A stretch of 64,000 nt of DNA from Planctomycetota bacterium (lineage in GTDB: Bacteria > Planctomycetota > UBA1135 > UBA2386), in the NCBI GenBank assembly GCA_046290465.1, contig JBKAGP010000001.1, positions 3,840,001 to 3,904,000 on the forward strand, given 5' to 3'. Shown here piece by piece: positions 8,789 to 18,196 of the stretch (its first letter is position 1; each line of letters starts with the position of its first letter). A program made the position numbers and the translations under genes. Under the pieces are notes generated by a model that did not search any database, was not told the origin of the DNA, and was given only the letters and a program-made list of their open reading frames with translations.

Positions 8789-10117
8789 CTACCAGTAGGT
8801 GCGGTAGGCGACGAACGCACTCCAGCCGCGGAAGATGTCCATCCCGTCGCTGCTCAGCGTGTCGTACTCGACGCCGAACATGACCTTGTGCTGGTGGCCG
8901 CACAGCAGCTTGTTGAGGCCCGCGTAGAACGTCAGCTGCTCGTCACCGCGGCCATTCGCGAACGCCGGCAGGTTGTCCTTCACGCCGGCTCGCCGCACGT
9001 AGCGCGAATTGAGGCGGATGCCCTGCGACTCCTCGGAGCCCTGGTACTGGAACTGGAACACCGCCTCGAGGCTGTTGTCGAGGATCCAGTACGACGGCAT
9101 CACCGTGAAGCCCCAGAAGTCGCCCTCGCGGTTCGGGTTCGATCGATCCCCGTTGTTGCCGGCGATGCCCTCGACGGCGAACTCCCACGGGCCTTCCTTG
9201 TGCACCAACGCCACTGCCGTGGCCCAGTCGAGGCCGTTGGCGAGCACCTCGTCGCCGACGCTGCGCTCCTGATGGAACGCCGTCCAGCGCAGGTCGGTGT
9301 CGGCGCCGTCCGGGCCGTCGTGCAGGTCCCACTTGAGGTTGCTGTAGTACAGTTCGCCATCGTCGAACGGCGCCAGCCAGTCGTCCTGGGTCGTGCTGAA
9401 CACACCGACGGTCCAGTCGATCGGGTCGAGGCCGACCTGCACCCACGCGCCGGTCGGGTTGGCGAACTCGGAGTTGAACGCCCAGATCTTGTTGGCGATC
9501 GCCGAGCGCTCGACGGTCTTGATGCGCTTCGACGACGTCACCCACTCGTACGACATGTTGATCTCGCGCGAGCCGATGCCAACCTTGAGTGCATCGAGCT
9601 CGTCGATGCCGAACGCCTTCTTGGCGTCGAAGTGCAGCTTGAGCTGCCACATGTGCTGGAAGCGAATGTCAAAGTCGCCGCCGCGCGGACGACGGTCCTG
9701 GCCGATCTCCGCCTCGGCATACAGGTCGAAGTGGTCGAGGAACTTCGAACCGATGCCGGTCCGGAAGCGACGGATCTGGTCGGCGTGGTAGTTGAACTCG
9801 TTGCCCGAGCCCTCGCCGTCGACGATGCCGTACTGGTAGTGCAGACGGCCGAAGACTTTGAACTCCTGCACGTAGGGGTTCTCCGGGTCCTTGTAGAGCG
9901 TGCCGAGGTTCTTCCACCACTTGCAGAAGCTCGGCGGCAGCGAGGCCTCGGGCCCATCCGGCTTGGGCGGGGCGCCGCCGTCCTGGGCGGCGGCGAGCGG
10001 TGCCAGCGCGGCGAGGGTGAGCAGGGCGGCAAGGCGAACGCCGCCGCGAGAACGGACAGAGGTGCGGACTGGCTGCGCGAACGCGGTGCGAGGATGCGAG
10101 GGAATCGGAGAGGTCAT
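8789..10117 (-). CDS. Outer-membrane porin (OprO/OprP-like)
   Basis: Signal-like segment, FGRLHYQY, IRRFRTG, TSSKRIKTVERSAIAN, alternating beta strands, C-terminal aromatic residue (YRTYW). Confidence 0.75.
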   Translation of the reverse strand: MTSPIPSHPRTAFAQPVRTSVRSRGGVRLAALLTLAALAPLAAAQDGGAPPKPDGPEASLPPSFCKWWKNLGTLYKDPENPYVQEFKVFGRLHYQYGIVDGEGSGNEFNYHADQIRRFRTGIGSKFLDHFDLYAEAEIGQDRRPRGGDFDIRFQHMWQLKLHFDAKKAFGIDELDALKVGIGSREINMSYEWVTSSKRIKTVERSAIANKIWAFNSEFANPTGAWVQVGLDPIDWTVGVFSTTQDDWLAPFDDGELYYSNLKWDLHDGPDGADTDLRWTAFHQERSVGDEVLANGLDWATAVALVHKEGPWEFAVEGIAGNNGDRSNPNREGDFWGFTVMPSYWILDNSLEAVFQFQYQGSEESQGIRLNSRYVRRAGVKDNLPAFANGRGDEQLTFYAGLNKLLCGHQHKVMFGVEYDTLSSDGMDIFRGWSAFVAYRTYW

Positions 10118-10285
10118 GTCGGGGAATGGCGAACGCACGCCTCCCCGACACACGTCAGGTTGGACGGCCTTCGCAGGTTCTGGGCAGGCGCCCGGCCACG
10201 CCGGGCTCAGGGATTGCTCAAATGACGTTGGTCATCGGGTTGGTGCGCTGTGTCGCGCAGGCTCGTTGTCTTACCTCGGTCGACG

Positions 10286-10330
10286 GCAGCATCCAAGGCA
10301 GCAGCATCCGGGGCCGCAGTATCCGGAACC
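10286..10330. repeat. 3 x 15-bp direct repeat (GCAGYATCC core) in a divergent intergenic region
   Basis: gcagcatccaaggca / gcagcatccggggcc / gcagtatccggaacc. Confidence 0.6.
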
Positions 10331-10419
10331 CTCCCCCGGTCGCGCGTCGCACGAGGGCGATCACCTCGAACCGCGACGGTCCCGGCCCACGGTGCTGACG
10401 AAGCGGGTAGAACGTCAGC

Positions 10420-11268
10420 ATGCGCTCGTCCCACAAGGCGCCCGTCGTCCCGACCGTGCTGGCCACGCTGGCTCTCGCCGTCGCCGTCACCGCCGTGCTG
10501 CGCACGCCGGCCGCAGCGCTGCCGAATGCCGACACGGACCCGGAGCTGGCCACCGCCGTGCGTGACCTGCAGGCACGGGTCACCCGCCTCGAGGGCCAGC
10601 CCGCCGCGACCAGCGCCCGGCCGCAGCCCGACGACCGACCGTCGGAACCGACCACCGCGTCGACACCGATCGAGCGGAGCGCCGTCGACGTCGCCCTCCG
10701 GCAGCAACTCGCCGAGCTGACGACCCGGCTGCACAACCTCGAGCAGGCCGCGGCGCGCGACACGCAGCAGCGACGCAGCCTGGCCGAGCCCGACTCGATC
10801 CCCGCGGCGCTGGCGGTGCTGCTGGCCTCGCGCGGCGTCGTCACCAAGGTCGGCGACATCGAGGCGATCCAGCAGAACCTCGGCGTGCTCGCGGCGATCG
10901 CCGCGGACCCGACGTGCGGCGACTGGGACCGGATCGAGGCCTTTCGCGGCATGCTGACGTTCGGCTTCGACGAGCCCGAGACGTGCGCCGCCGCAGCTCC
11001 CGGCCTGGCCTCGCTGCTGCTGACGTCGACCGACGCCAAGGCTCGGCGCAGCGCCGCGGCGATGCTCCTGAACTACGCCGATCCGGCGATCAGCAACACC
11101 GTGCTCACCGCGTTCAGCCGCGAACCCGATGCGGCGGTGCGCTCTGCGCTGCTGCCGGTCCTGCTGAAGCTCCGCGACGATCCCAGCGTGCTGCAGCTGC
11201 TGCAGCAGGCCGCCGCCAACGATCCCGACCCCGGCCTGCGCACCCGGATCGCGAAGGCGCTGGAGTAG
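10420..11268 (+). CDS. Membrane-anchored coiled-coil / HEAT-repeat hypothetical protein
   Basis: N-terminal hydrophobic segment, short coiled coils, and C-terminal EPDAAVRSA / DPDPGLR HEAT-like motifs. Confidence 0.7.
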   Translation: MRSSHKAPVVPTVLATLALAVAVTAVLRTPAAALPNADTDPELATAVRDLQARVTRLEGQPAATSARPQPDDRPSEPTTASTPIERSAVDVALRQQLAELTTRLHNLEQAAARDTQQRRSLAEPDSIPAALAVLLASRGVVTKVGDIEAIQQNLGVLAAIAADPTCGDWDRIEAFRGMLTFGFDEPETCAAAAPGLASLLLTSTDAKARRSAAAMLLNYADPAISNTVLTAFSREPDAAVRSALLPVLLKLRDDPSVLQLLQQAAANDPDPGLRTRIAKALE

Positions 11269-11271
11269 GCG

Positions 11272-11796
11272 CTACCAGCCCTTCTGCGCGCGCAGCGTGG
11301 TGATGTGCGCGACGTGGTGCGCGCCGTGCCACGCGTAGGTGGCGACGAAGTCGTCGAGCGTGCGCTCGCCGTCGGTGCTGTGCAGCGAACGCTTGCGGAA
11401 CACCTTCTCGGGCTGCGAACGCAGCGCGTCGACGAGGCGCGTATGGATGCCCTGCACGATCAGCAGCGACGCGCCGATCGGCGCCTTGGCGTCGACCATC
11501 TCCGCCCAGAACGCCTCGTCGTAGGCCGGCACCGTGGCCATGTCCTCGCTGATGGTCAGCTTGTGGCGGATGTAGGCGTTGATGTGGCTGTCGGCGATGT
11601 GGTGCACGACCTGACGGAGGGACCAGCCACCCAAGCGATACGGCGTGTCGAGCTGCTCCTCGTCGAGGCCGCGCACGGCGTCGTAGAGGTGCGTCGGCAG
11701 CGCGGCCATCTCGGCGAGGCAGCGCGCGCGCCGCTCCGGCGTCAGGCGGCCCGGCAGCTGCAGCCGTCCGGTCGGGTAGCGGGGATCCTTCGCCAT
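11272..11796 (-). CDS. yfiT: YfiT/DinB-family metal-dependent thiol transferase
   Basis: DPRYPTG, QLDTPYR.GGWS.RQVVHHIADSH, YDE..WA, YAWHGAHHVAHI. Confidence 0.9.
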   Translation of the reverse strand: MAKDPRYPTGRLQLPGRLTPERRARCLAEMAALPTHLYDAVRGLDEEQLDTPYRLGGWSLRQVVHHIADSHINAYIRHKLTISEDMATVPAYDEAFWAEMVDAKAPIGASLLIVQGIHTRLVDALRSQPEKVFRKRSLHSTDGERTLDDFVATYAWHGAHHVAHITTLRAQKGW

Positions 11797-12306
11797 CTAG
11801 CCCTCCTTGGGTTCGACGACGACCAGCGCGTCGCCCTGGTCGACCGTCGCCCCGACCTCGGTCGAGACCGACTGCACCACGCCGGCGACGCCCGCCGACA
11901 GCTTGTGCTCCATCTTCATGGCGGAGACGACGACCAGCGTCTGCTCGGCGTCGACCTCGTCGCCCGGCTTGCACGACACCTCGAGCACGGTGCCGGTCAT
12001 CGGCGCGCGCACGGTGCCGTCGCCGCCACCGCCGCCCGGCCCGCCGCGTCGCGCGGGCGCCTCGAGCGCGTGGGTGCGGCCGTCGACACGCACCATGTAG
12101 GACTGCTGCGAACCGGCGCCGTAGGCGACCCCGCTGCGGCCGTTCTCGCCGAGCAGCTGCAGGCGAACGCCACCGTCGGGCATCGCCCGAGCGTCGTATT
12201 CGTAGGTCTGGTCGCCAACGCGCACGCGGAAGCGGTTGCCTTCGATGCGTTCGACCTGGACGCCGACGGTCTCGCCGTCGCGCACGAACTCGCGGGAGAG
12301 CTTCAT
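11797..12306 (-). CDS. Biotin carboxyl carrier (biotin/lipoyl-domain) protein
   Basis: VRAPMTGTV...SAMKMEH...G..V..G. ATG overlaps the upstream stop (ATGA). Confidence 0.9.
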   Translation of the reverse strand: MKLSREFVRDGETVGVQVERIEGNRFRVRVGDQTYEYDARAMPDGGVRLQLLGENGRSGVAYGAGSQQSYMVRVDGRTHALEAPARRGGPGGGGGDGTVRAPMTGTVLEVSCKPGDEVDAEQTLVVVSAMKMEHKLSAGVAGVVQSVSTEVGATVDQGDALVVVEPKEG

Positions 12307-13841
12307 CGCGTCACCTCGAAGAGTCGGAAGCCGTTCAGATCCTGCCACACCTGCGTCGAGCCGGCGTGCGAGGCGCCGCTCGACCCGCCGCCGCCGCTGC
12401 CGCTGCCCGACCGCTGCAGCGCCTGGCACAGCACCGCCGCGGCCAGCGCGTGGTCGTCGGGTCCGTCCTTGGGCCCTTCGGCCAGCTCCGGACGCTTCGA
12501 CAGCATGTCGGTGCTGATCGCCGCGGTGCGGAACGCCTGGTCGTCGACGATCCGCCGCAGGAAGTCGACGTTGGTCGGGATGCCGAGGTACGCCGTATTC
12601 TCGAGCGCCTTGCTGAGGCGGTCGCACGCGGTCGCGCGGTCCGGCCCCCAGACCACCAGCTTGGCGAGCATCGAGTCGTAGTACGGCGGCACCTCCCAGC
12701 CGGAGTAGACGCCGCTGTCGACGCGGATGCCCGGGCCGGTCGGCTCGTGCACGAGATCCAGCCGACCGGCGGCCGGGATGTAGCCCTGCTCCGGCGACTC
12801 GGCGCAGATCCGCGCCTCGATCGAGTGGCCGCGCGGCGTCAGGTCCTTACCGGCGAGCGCCTCCTCGAGCTTGCCGCCGGCGGCGACGTGCAGCTGCAGG
12901 TGCACGAGGTCGACGCCGGTGACGAACTCGGTGACCGGGTGCTCGACCTGCAGGCGCGTGTTGACCTCGAGGAAGTAGAACTTGCCCGCGTCGTCGACCA
13001 GGAACTCGCAGGTGCCGGCGTTGTCGTAGCCGACGCGCTTGGCGAGCGCGACCGCGGCATCGCCCATCTGCTTGCGCAGGTCTTCGCCGACCACCGCCGA
13101 CGGCGCCTCTTCGAGCACCTTCTGGTGGCGGCGCTGCACCGAGCACTCGCGCTCGTGCAGCGACACCGCGTGGCCGTGCTCGTCGGCGAGGAACTGGATC
13201 TCGATGTGCCGCGCCGGGAACACCGCGCGCTCGACGATCATGCGGTCGTCGCCGAACGACTCCTTGGCCTCGCGGCGGCCCGCCGCAATCGCCTCGGCCA
13301 GGTCCTGTTCGCGCTCGACGCGGCGCATGCCGCGGCCGCCACCGCCGGCGCTCGCCTTGACCATGACCGGCATGCCGATCTCCTTGGCGACCTTGATCAG
13401 CTCCTCGTCGCCAAGGTCCTGCTCGGTGCCCGGGATCACCGGCACACCGGCGGCGATCGCCTCCTCGCGTGCGGCCTTCTTGCCGCCGAGGCGGTCCATC
13501 GCCTCGGCGTTGGGGCCGACGAACACCAGGCCGGCGTCCTTGACGGCGCGCGCGAACGCGCTGTTCTCGCTGAGGAAGCCGTAGCCGGGGTGGATCGCCT
13601 GCGCGCCGGTCGCCTTGGCCGCGGCCAGCACCTTGTCGATGTCGAGGTAGCTCTCGGCCGCGGTGTTGCCTCCGAGCGGCACGACGTGGTCGGCGGCGAG
13701 CACGTGCGCGCAGTTGGCGTCGGCATCGCTGTGGACCGCCACCGACTCGATGCCGAGTTCGCGCAGGCCGCGCATCACGCGCAGGGCGATCTCGCCGCGA
13801 TTGGCGACGAGCACGCGTTGGAAGGGAGGTTGGTCTGCCAT
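12303..13841 (-). CDS. Biotin carboxylase subunit of an acyl-CoA carboxylase
   Basis: VLVANRGEIALR, IHPGYGFLSEN, KASAGGGGRGMR, ERECSVQRRHQK, EVNTRLQVEHPVTE, YYDSMLAKL. Confidence 0.95.
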   Translation of the reverse strand: MADQPPFQRVLVANRGEIALRVMRGLRELGIESVAVHSDADANCAHVLAADHVVPLGGNTAAESYLDIDKVLAAAKATGAQAIHPGYGFLSENSAFARAVKDAGLVFVGPNAEAMDRLGGKKAAREEAIAAGVPVIPGTEQDLGDEELIKVAKEIGMPVMVKASAGGGGRGMRRVEREQDLAEAIAAGRREAKESFGDDRMIVERAVFPARHIEIQFLADEHGHAVSLHERECSVQRRHQKVLEEAPSAVVGEDLRKQMGDAAVALAKRVGYDNAGTCEFLVDDAGKFYFLEVNTRLQVEHPVTEFVTGVDLVHLQLHVAAGGKLEEALAGKDLTPRGHSIEARICAESPEQGYIPAAGRLDLVHEPTGPGIRVDSGVYSGWEVPPYYDSMLAKLVVWGPDRATACDRLSKALENTAYLGIPTNVDFLRRIVDDQAFRTAAISTDMLSKRPELAEGPKDGPDDHALAAAVLCQALQRSGSGSGGGGSSGASHAGSTQVWQDLNGFRLFEVTR

Positions 13842-13881
13842 CGGGGCCGAAGACGATAGCGCGCCAGTCGGCGCGAGCCGA

Positions 13882-14652
13882 CTATTTGTCGACCCGCCGC
13901 ACCGGAACCCCGGCCTTCGCGGCGGCGAAGGCAGCCGCCTCGGCCCAGACCTCGGGCGGGTGGGTGTCCTGCCGGCCGTGCACGGCCTCGACGCCGTCGT
14001 CGAACACGATCGCGAGGTGCGGCCGTTCGACGACCTTGCCGGTCATCGCCTCGAACGTGCGCACGATCTTGACCTCGGACACCTGCGACCACGACCGCTG
14101 CTGCTCCGACGCGAACGGGTGGTTGCACCAGCGCACGCCGTCGTCGTCGAGCCGCAGGAAGAACGAGCCCATCGAGAAGTGCAGCGCCAGCGCGAGGCAG
14201 CCGATGACGACGCCGAGCAGGATCTGCAGCGACCGGAAGTCCTTGTATCCGCCGCGGGCCGAGGCGCGGTAGACGAGCTTGGCCAACGGCCGCGGCGAGA
14301 CGAACCGGTCGGTGAGCCACGGCGCGGTCGCCGCACCGATCGACAGCACCAGGAAGAACGGCCCCAGGTACCACCCGATCCCGCTCGCCGGCGTGAACGT
14401 CCTCGGCTCCGACGTCGGCGGCGCGATCAGGTAGAGCACGCCGACCGCGGCGAGCCCCAGCAGCAGTGCGGTGCCGTGCGCAGCGTGGTAGCGGAACCGG
14501 TCGAAGGCGCGCACGACGATCGAGTCGCCGTCCTGCTCGGGATCGGCCAGCGGCGGGATCAGCCGGCTGCCGCGGCTGCGCGCGATCAGGCCCAGCACCA
14601 GGGTGGCCGCGGCGCCGCCGATGGCCCCGTAGACTGCTGCGTTCGCGATCAT
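13882..14652 (-). CDS. Hypothetical membrane protein
   Basis: 256-aa ORF with about 4 hydrophobic segments and a soluble C-terminus. Fits the gap between its neighbours. Confidence 0.7.
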   Translation of the reverse strand: MIANAAVYGAIGGAAATLVLGLIARSRGSRLIPPLADPEQDGDSIVVRAFDRFRYHAAHGTALLLGLAAVGVLYLIAPPTSEPRTFTPASGIGWYLGPFFLVLSIGAATAPWLTDRFVSPRPLAKLVYRASARGGYKDFRSLQILLGVVIGCLALALHFSMGSFFLRLDDDGVRWCNHPFASEQQRSWSQVSEVKIVRTFEAMTGKVVERPHLAIVFDDGVEAVHGRQDTHPPEVWAEAAAFAAAKAGVPVRRVDK

Positions 14653-14709
14653 GACGGGGGCAGCATGCCGCGCGTGCCGCTCTCGTCAACCGCACCCGCG
14701 CAGGCCGCG

Positions 14710-17700
14710 CTACAGCCCCAGCTGCACCTGCAGGCCGCCGCTGACCACGAAGTCGTTGAGGAACGGACCGTTGCCCGGGTCGAACGCGGCGAACTGGAAG
14801 AACAGGTTGTAGCCGATCAGGTTGGTGTCGTTGGGGATCGGCAGCGGGCTCGCGCCGAGGCCGTTGGCGTCGGTCAGCACCGCCGGCTGCAGCACGTACG
14901 GGATGTCGATGTAGAGGCGGCAACCGCCGCCGATGTTGATGTTGTTGGAGCCCTCCGACACCGCTGGCACGGCGAGCGTCAGCGGCAGCGTGTTGGCGAC
15001 CGTCACCGCGAACGCGCCGTTGCCGATCGTCGGCAGGCTGTTGGAGCCGACCACGGGATCGCCGGCGGTGCCACCGCACGCGTTACCGTAGGGCAGCGTG
15101 AACGCGAGGCCCGCGACCGCCGGGTCGTAGACCCACGGCTCGAGGCCGTTGACGCCCTCGTCCGCGGCGAAGAACACCCGCGCGCCGATCGGCGTGAACT
15201 CCTCCATCGTGACCGCGCCGTAGCCGTTGCCGCCGAAGTTGGTGATCTGGCGCGTGTTCGTCGACGTGCCGTCCGACAGCCACAGCTGCAGGCCGTGCTC
15301 GAGGTCGCTCGCCGCGAACAGCACCTGCGTGCCGCCGAGCGCCGGCACCAGCGTGCCCTCGATCGGCCCCTGCGCCGCACCTGGCGCGATGTCCTTCAGC
15401 AGCACCTCGCCGCCGATCGTGCCGTCGCTGTGCCACAGCTCGAGGCCCGCGCCGTTGCCGTCGTCGTGCAGGAAGAACACGCCGCTGGCCGTCGCCGTCA
15501 GGTCGCGGTACGGGTTGAGCACGCCGCTGACGCTGGCGGTCAGCTGCAGCGTTCCGCCATTGGTGCCGTCGCTGACCCAGACCTGCTCCCCGGCCGCCGA
15601 GCTGCCGGTCGCGGTCATGTAGAGCAGACCGTTGGCGACCTGCAGTTCGCGCAGCGCCGAACCGGCGATGCCCGGCCGGATGTCCTTGACCAGCACGGTG
15701 CCGGCCTGGGTGCCGTCACTCTTCCACAGCTCGGTGCCGGTGCCGGTCTGCGATGCCGAGAAGTAGAGCTCGCCGTTGTAGGCGACCAACTCCGACGGAT
15801 CCGAGCTGCCCGAGCCGGCGCGGATGTCGGCGACCTGGTAGGTGCCGGCGCTGGTGCCGTCGGTCGCCCACAGCTCGCGGCCGGTGACGCTGTCGTTGGC
15901 GGTGAAGAACGCGAGGCCGCCGACCACGGTGAAGTTCTCGCCGAACAGCAGGAACGAACCGCTGGTCGGATGGATGTCCATCAGTTCGAAGGTGCCCGCC
16001 GCGGTGCCGTCGCTGACCCACGGCTCGCGGCCGTTGCCGTCGATCGCCGAGAACAGCGCCAGGTTGCCGAACCCGGTGATCGCCCGCGGCGACAGGCCGT
16101 TGAACGTGACCTGCACGGTGCCCGCCGCGGTGCCGTCGGTGCGGTAGAGGTTGCTGCCGGACGCGTTGGTGTTGGCCTCGAACCAGACCTCGCCGTTGAT
16201 CTCCGCGGCGTCGTCGACGTCGCTGCCGAGCGACGTGCCGTTGATGTCGACGATCAGGGCCGTGCTCGCGACCGTGCCGTCGGTGAGGTGCGGCTCGCGA
16301 CCGACGCTGTCGGCGTTGGCGACGAAGAACACGTCGCTGCCGAGCGCGGTGAACTCGTCCGGGGACGAGTTGGAGACGTTGGGGGCAAGGTCGTCGAGCA
16401 GCACCGTGCCGAGCGCCGTGCCGTCGCTGAAGCACGGCTCGAAGGTGCCTGCGCCGAAGCTGCCGCGGAACAGCAGGCCGTTGCCGAACGCCGTCAGGCC
16501 GATCGCGTTGAGGCCGCCGGTGCCGGGGACGATGTCTTCGAGCAGAAACGTGCCGGCCGCGGTGCCGTCGGTGCGGTAGAGCTCGTTGCCGGTGACGCCG
16601 TCGCTGGCCGTGAACCAGACCTCACCGCCGACCACCGTCAGGTCGTCGACGCCGCCGCTCAGCGAACCCGGCCGGACGTCGACCAGTTCGACGGTGCCGG
16701 CGACGGTGCCGTCGCTGATCCACAGCTCGCGGCCGTTGGGCGAGTCCATCGAGAACAGCACCTGGCCGTTCCACGGCACGAACGCGCGCGGGCCGCTGTT
16801 GGGCGTGCCCGGGTCGAAGTCGCCGAGCATCATCGTGCCGGCCGGCGTGCCGTCGGTGACGTAGAGCTCGCGGCCGGTGCCGGTGACGTCCGCGGTGAAC
16901 AGCGCCAGCGCGCCGAACGCGGTGAAGTCCTCCGGGTTGGAGTCGTCGGTGCCGATCTCGAGGTCGGCCAGCTGGAACGTTCCTGCGGCGGTGCCGTCAC
17001 TGACGTAGGGCTCCCAGCCGTCGGCGACGTCGCACGCGAACAGCAGCTGGTTGCCGAACGGCGCGAACTGCCGGAACGACGAGCCGGCGCTGCCGGGCGT
17101 CAGGTCGGCGACCAGCATCGTGCCGGCCGCGGTGCCATCGCTGACGTAGAGCTCGTTGCCGACGCCCGACACGTTGGCGTTGAAGTAGAGGCTGCCGCCG
17201 ACGACCGTCAGGTTGTCCGGCGACGAACCGCTGATGCCGGGGCGCAGGTCGACGAGAACCTGCGTCCCGGCTTCGGTGCCGTCCGACACCATCAGCTCGA
17301 GACCGACCGCGGGGTCGATCGCGACGAAGTACAGCAACCCGTTGAACGCGGTCAGGTCGCTGATGCTCGAGCTGCTGGTCCCCGGCCGCACGTCCTTGAC
17401 GAGCACGGTGCCCGCGACGGTGCCGTCGGTCTTCCACAGCTCGAAGCCGAGTCCCGGGACGTTGGCCGCGAAGAACACCTCCGAGCCGATCACCGTGAAC
17501 TCCTTCGGGTTGCTGCTACCCGACGGCATCAGATCCTTGAGCAGGAACGTGCCGGCCGGGGTGCCGTCCGTGACGTACGGCTCGCTTCCGAACTGACCGC
17601 CACCGTCGAACACCGCGATGCCGCCGGCGACGTAGAACGGATCGAGTCCGCTCGACGGCTGGCTGCCGCTGCTGGTGCTGAGGTTCCCGACGAGACTCTG

Positions 17701-17754
17701 CGCAGAAGCGAAAGCACAGAGGGCGAGGGTCGTGAGGATGAGGCGGGCGTTCAT
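14710..17754 (-). CDS. Secreted ELWxxDGT-repeat protein with conserved C-terminal tail domain
   Basis: Signal peptide (AFASAQ). About 17 E(L/P)xxxDGT repeats. The C-terminal ~125 aa resemble the tail of the LTD protein. Confidence 0.93.
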   Translation of the reverse strand: MNARLILTTLALCAFASAQSLVGNLSTSSGSQPSSGLDPFYVAGGIAVFDGGGQFGSEPYVTDGTPAGTFLLKDLMPSGSSNPKEFTVIGSEVFFAANVPGLGFELWKTDGTVAGTVLVKDVRPGTSSSSISDLTAFNGLLYFVAIDPAVGLELMVSDGTEAGTQVLVDLRPGISGSSPDNLTVVGGSLYFNANVSGVGNELYVSDGTAAGTMLVADLTPGSAGSSFRQFAPFGNQLLFACDVADGWEPYVSDGTAAGTFQLADLEIGTDDSNPEDFTAFGALALFTADVTGTGRELYVTDGTPAGTMMLGDFDPGTPNSGPRAFVPWNGQVLFSMDSPNGRELWISDGTVAGTVELVDVRPGSLSGGVDDLTVVGGEVWFTASDGVTGNELYRTDGTAAGTFLLEDIVPGTGGLNAIGLTAFGNGLLFRGSFGAGTFEPCFSDGTALGTVLLDDLAPNVSNSSPDEFTALGSDVFFVANADSVGREPHLTDGTVASTALIVDINGTSLGSDVDDAAEINGEVWFEANTNASGSNLYRTDGTAAGTVQVTFNGLSPRAITGFGNLALFSAIDGNGREPWVSDGTAAGTFELMDIHPTSGSFLLFGENFTVVGGLAFFTANDSVTGRELWATDGTSAGTYQVADIRAGSGSSDPSELVAYNGELYFSASQTGTGTELWKSDGTQAGTVLVKDIRPGIAGSALRELQVANGLLYMTATGSSAAGEQVWVSDGTNGGTLQLTASVSGVLNPYRDLTATASGVFFLHDDGNGAGLELWHSDGTIGGEVLLKDIAPGAAQGPIEGTLVPALGGTQVLFAASDLEHGLQLWLSDGTSTNTRQITNFGGNGYGAVTMEEFTPIGARVFFAADEGVNGLEPWVYDPAVAGLAFTLPYGNACGGTAGDPVVGSNSLPTIGNGAFAVTVANTLPLTLAVPAVSEGSNNINIGGGCRLYIDIPYVLQPAVLTDANGLGASPLPIPNDTNLIGYNLFFQFAAFDPGNGPFLNDFVVSGGLQVQLGL

Positions 17755-17850
17755 GTTCGGTCCTGGATGAGGAGCACCTGGGACAGCGATCCGGTGCCCG
17801 GGGCGTTACACGCGTTTCCGATCCGGACCGCGCTCGCCTATACCGGCGCC

Positions 17851-18138
17851 ATGACCGACGCCGCCGACGGCCCCGTTGCGACCGAGATGAGACGCCGCCT
17901 CGAGCAGGCGCTGAGCCCGACGCAGCTGACCCTGCAAAACGACAGCGACCAGCACGCAGGCCACGCCGGCCACGACGGCTCCGGCGAGAGCCACTTCTCG
18001 CTGACGATCGAAAGCACTGCGTTCGAAGGGCTTAACCGCGTGCAGCGACAGCGGCTCGTGTTCCGCGCGCTCGGCGACCTGATGGCCGGCAAGGTGCACG
18101 CGCTGCAGATCCAGGCGACCGCGCCCGGCGATCGCTGA
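17851..18138 (+). CDS. bolA: BolA family protein
   Basis: LSPTQL.LQNDSDQHAGHAG...ESHF.L.I.S..FEGLNRVQRQRLV...L...VHAL. This is the 3' end of the long 13663-18138 shadow ORF. Confidence 0.92.
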   Translation: MTDAADGPVATEMRRRLEQALSPTQLTLQNDSDQHAGHAGHDGSGESHFSLTIESTAFEGLNRVQRQRLVFRALGDLMAGKVHALQIQATAPGDR

Positions 18139-18196
18139 CGGCGGGGAAGGGTCGGGCCTGGGTTTCGTCGGAGGGACGACCCAGCTACCACCCGCG

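Noticed and set aside
10222..10235. Short inverted repeat ATGAC-GTTG-GTCAT upstream of the porin
   Set aside because: Single short occurrence with no second copy or cognate regulator; it could be chance.
11900..11935. SAMKM instead of EAMKM at the biotinylation site
   Set aside because: A known natural variant in biotin-dependent carboxylases; the acceptor Lys is intact.
13663..17850. 1491-aa + strand ORF (13663-18138)
   Set aside because: Antisense shadow of the ELWxxDGT and neighbouring genes, caused by stop-codon scarcity at high GC. Only its last 95 codons (BolA) are real.
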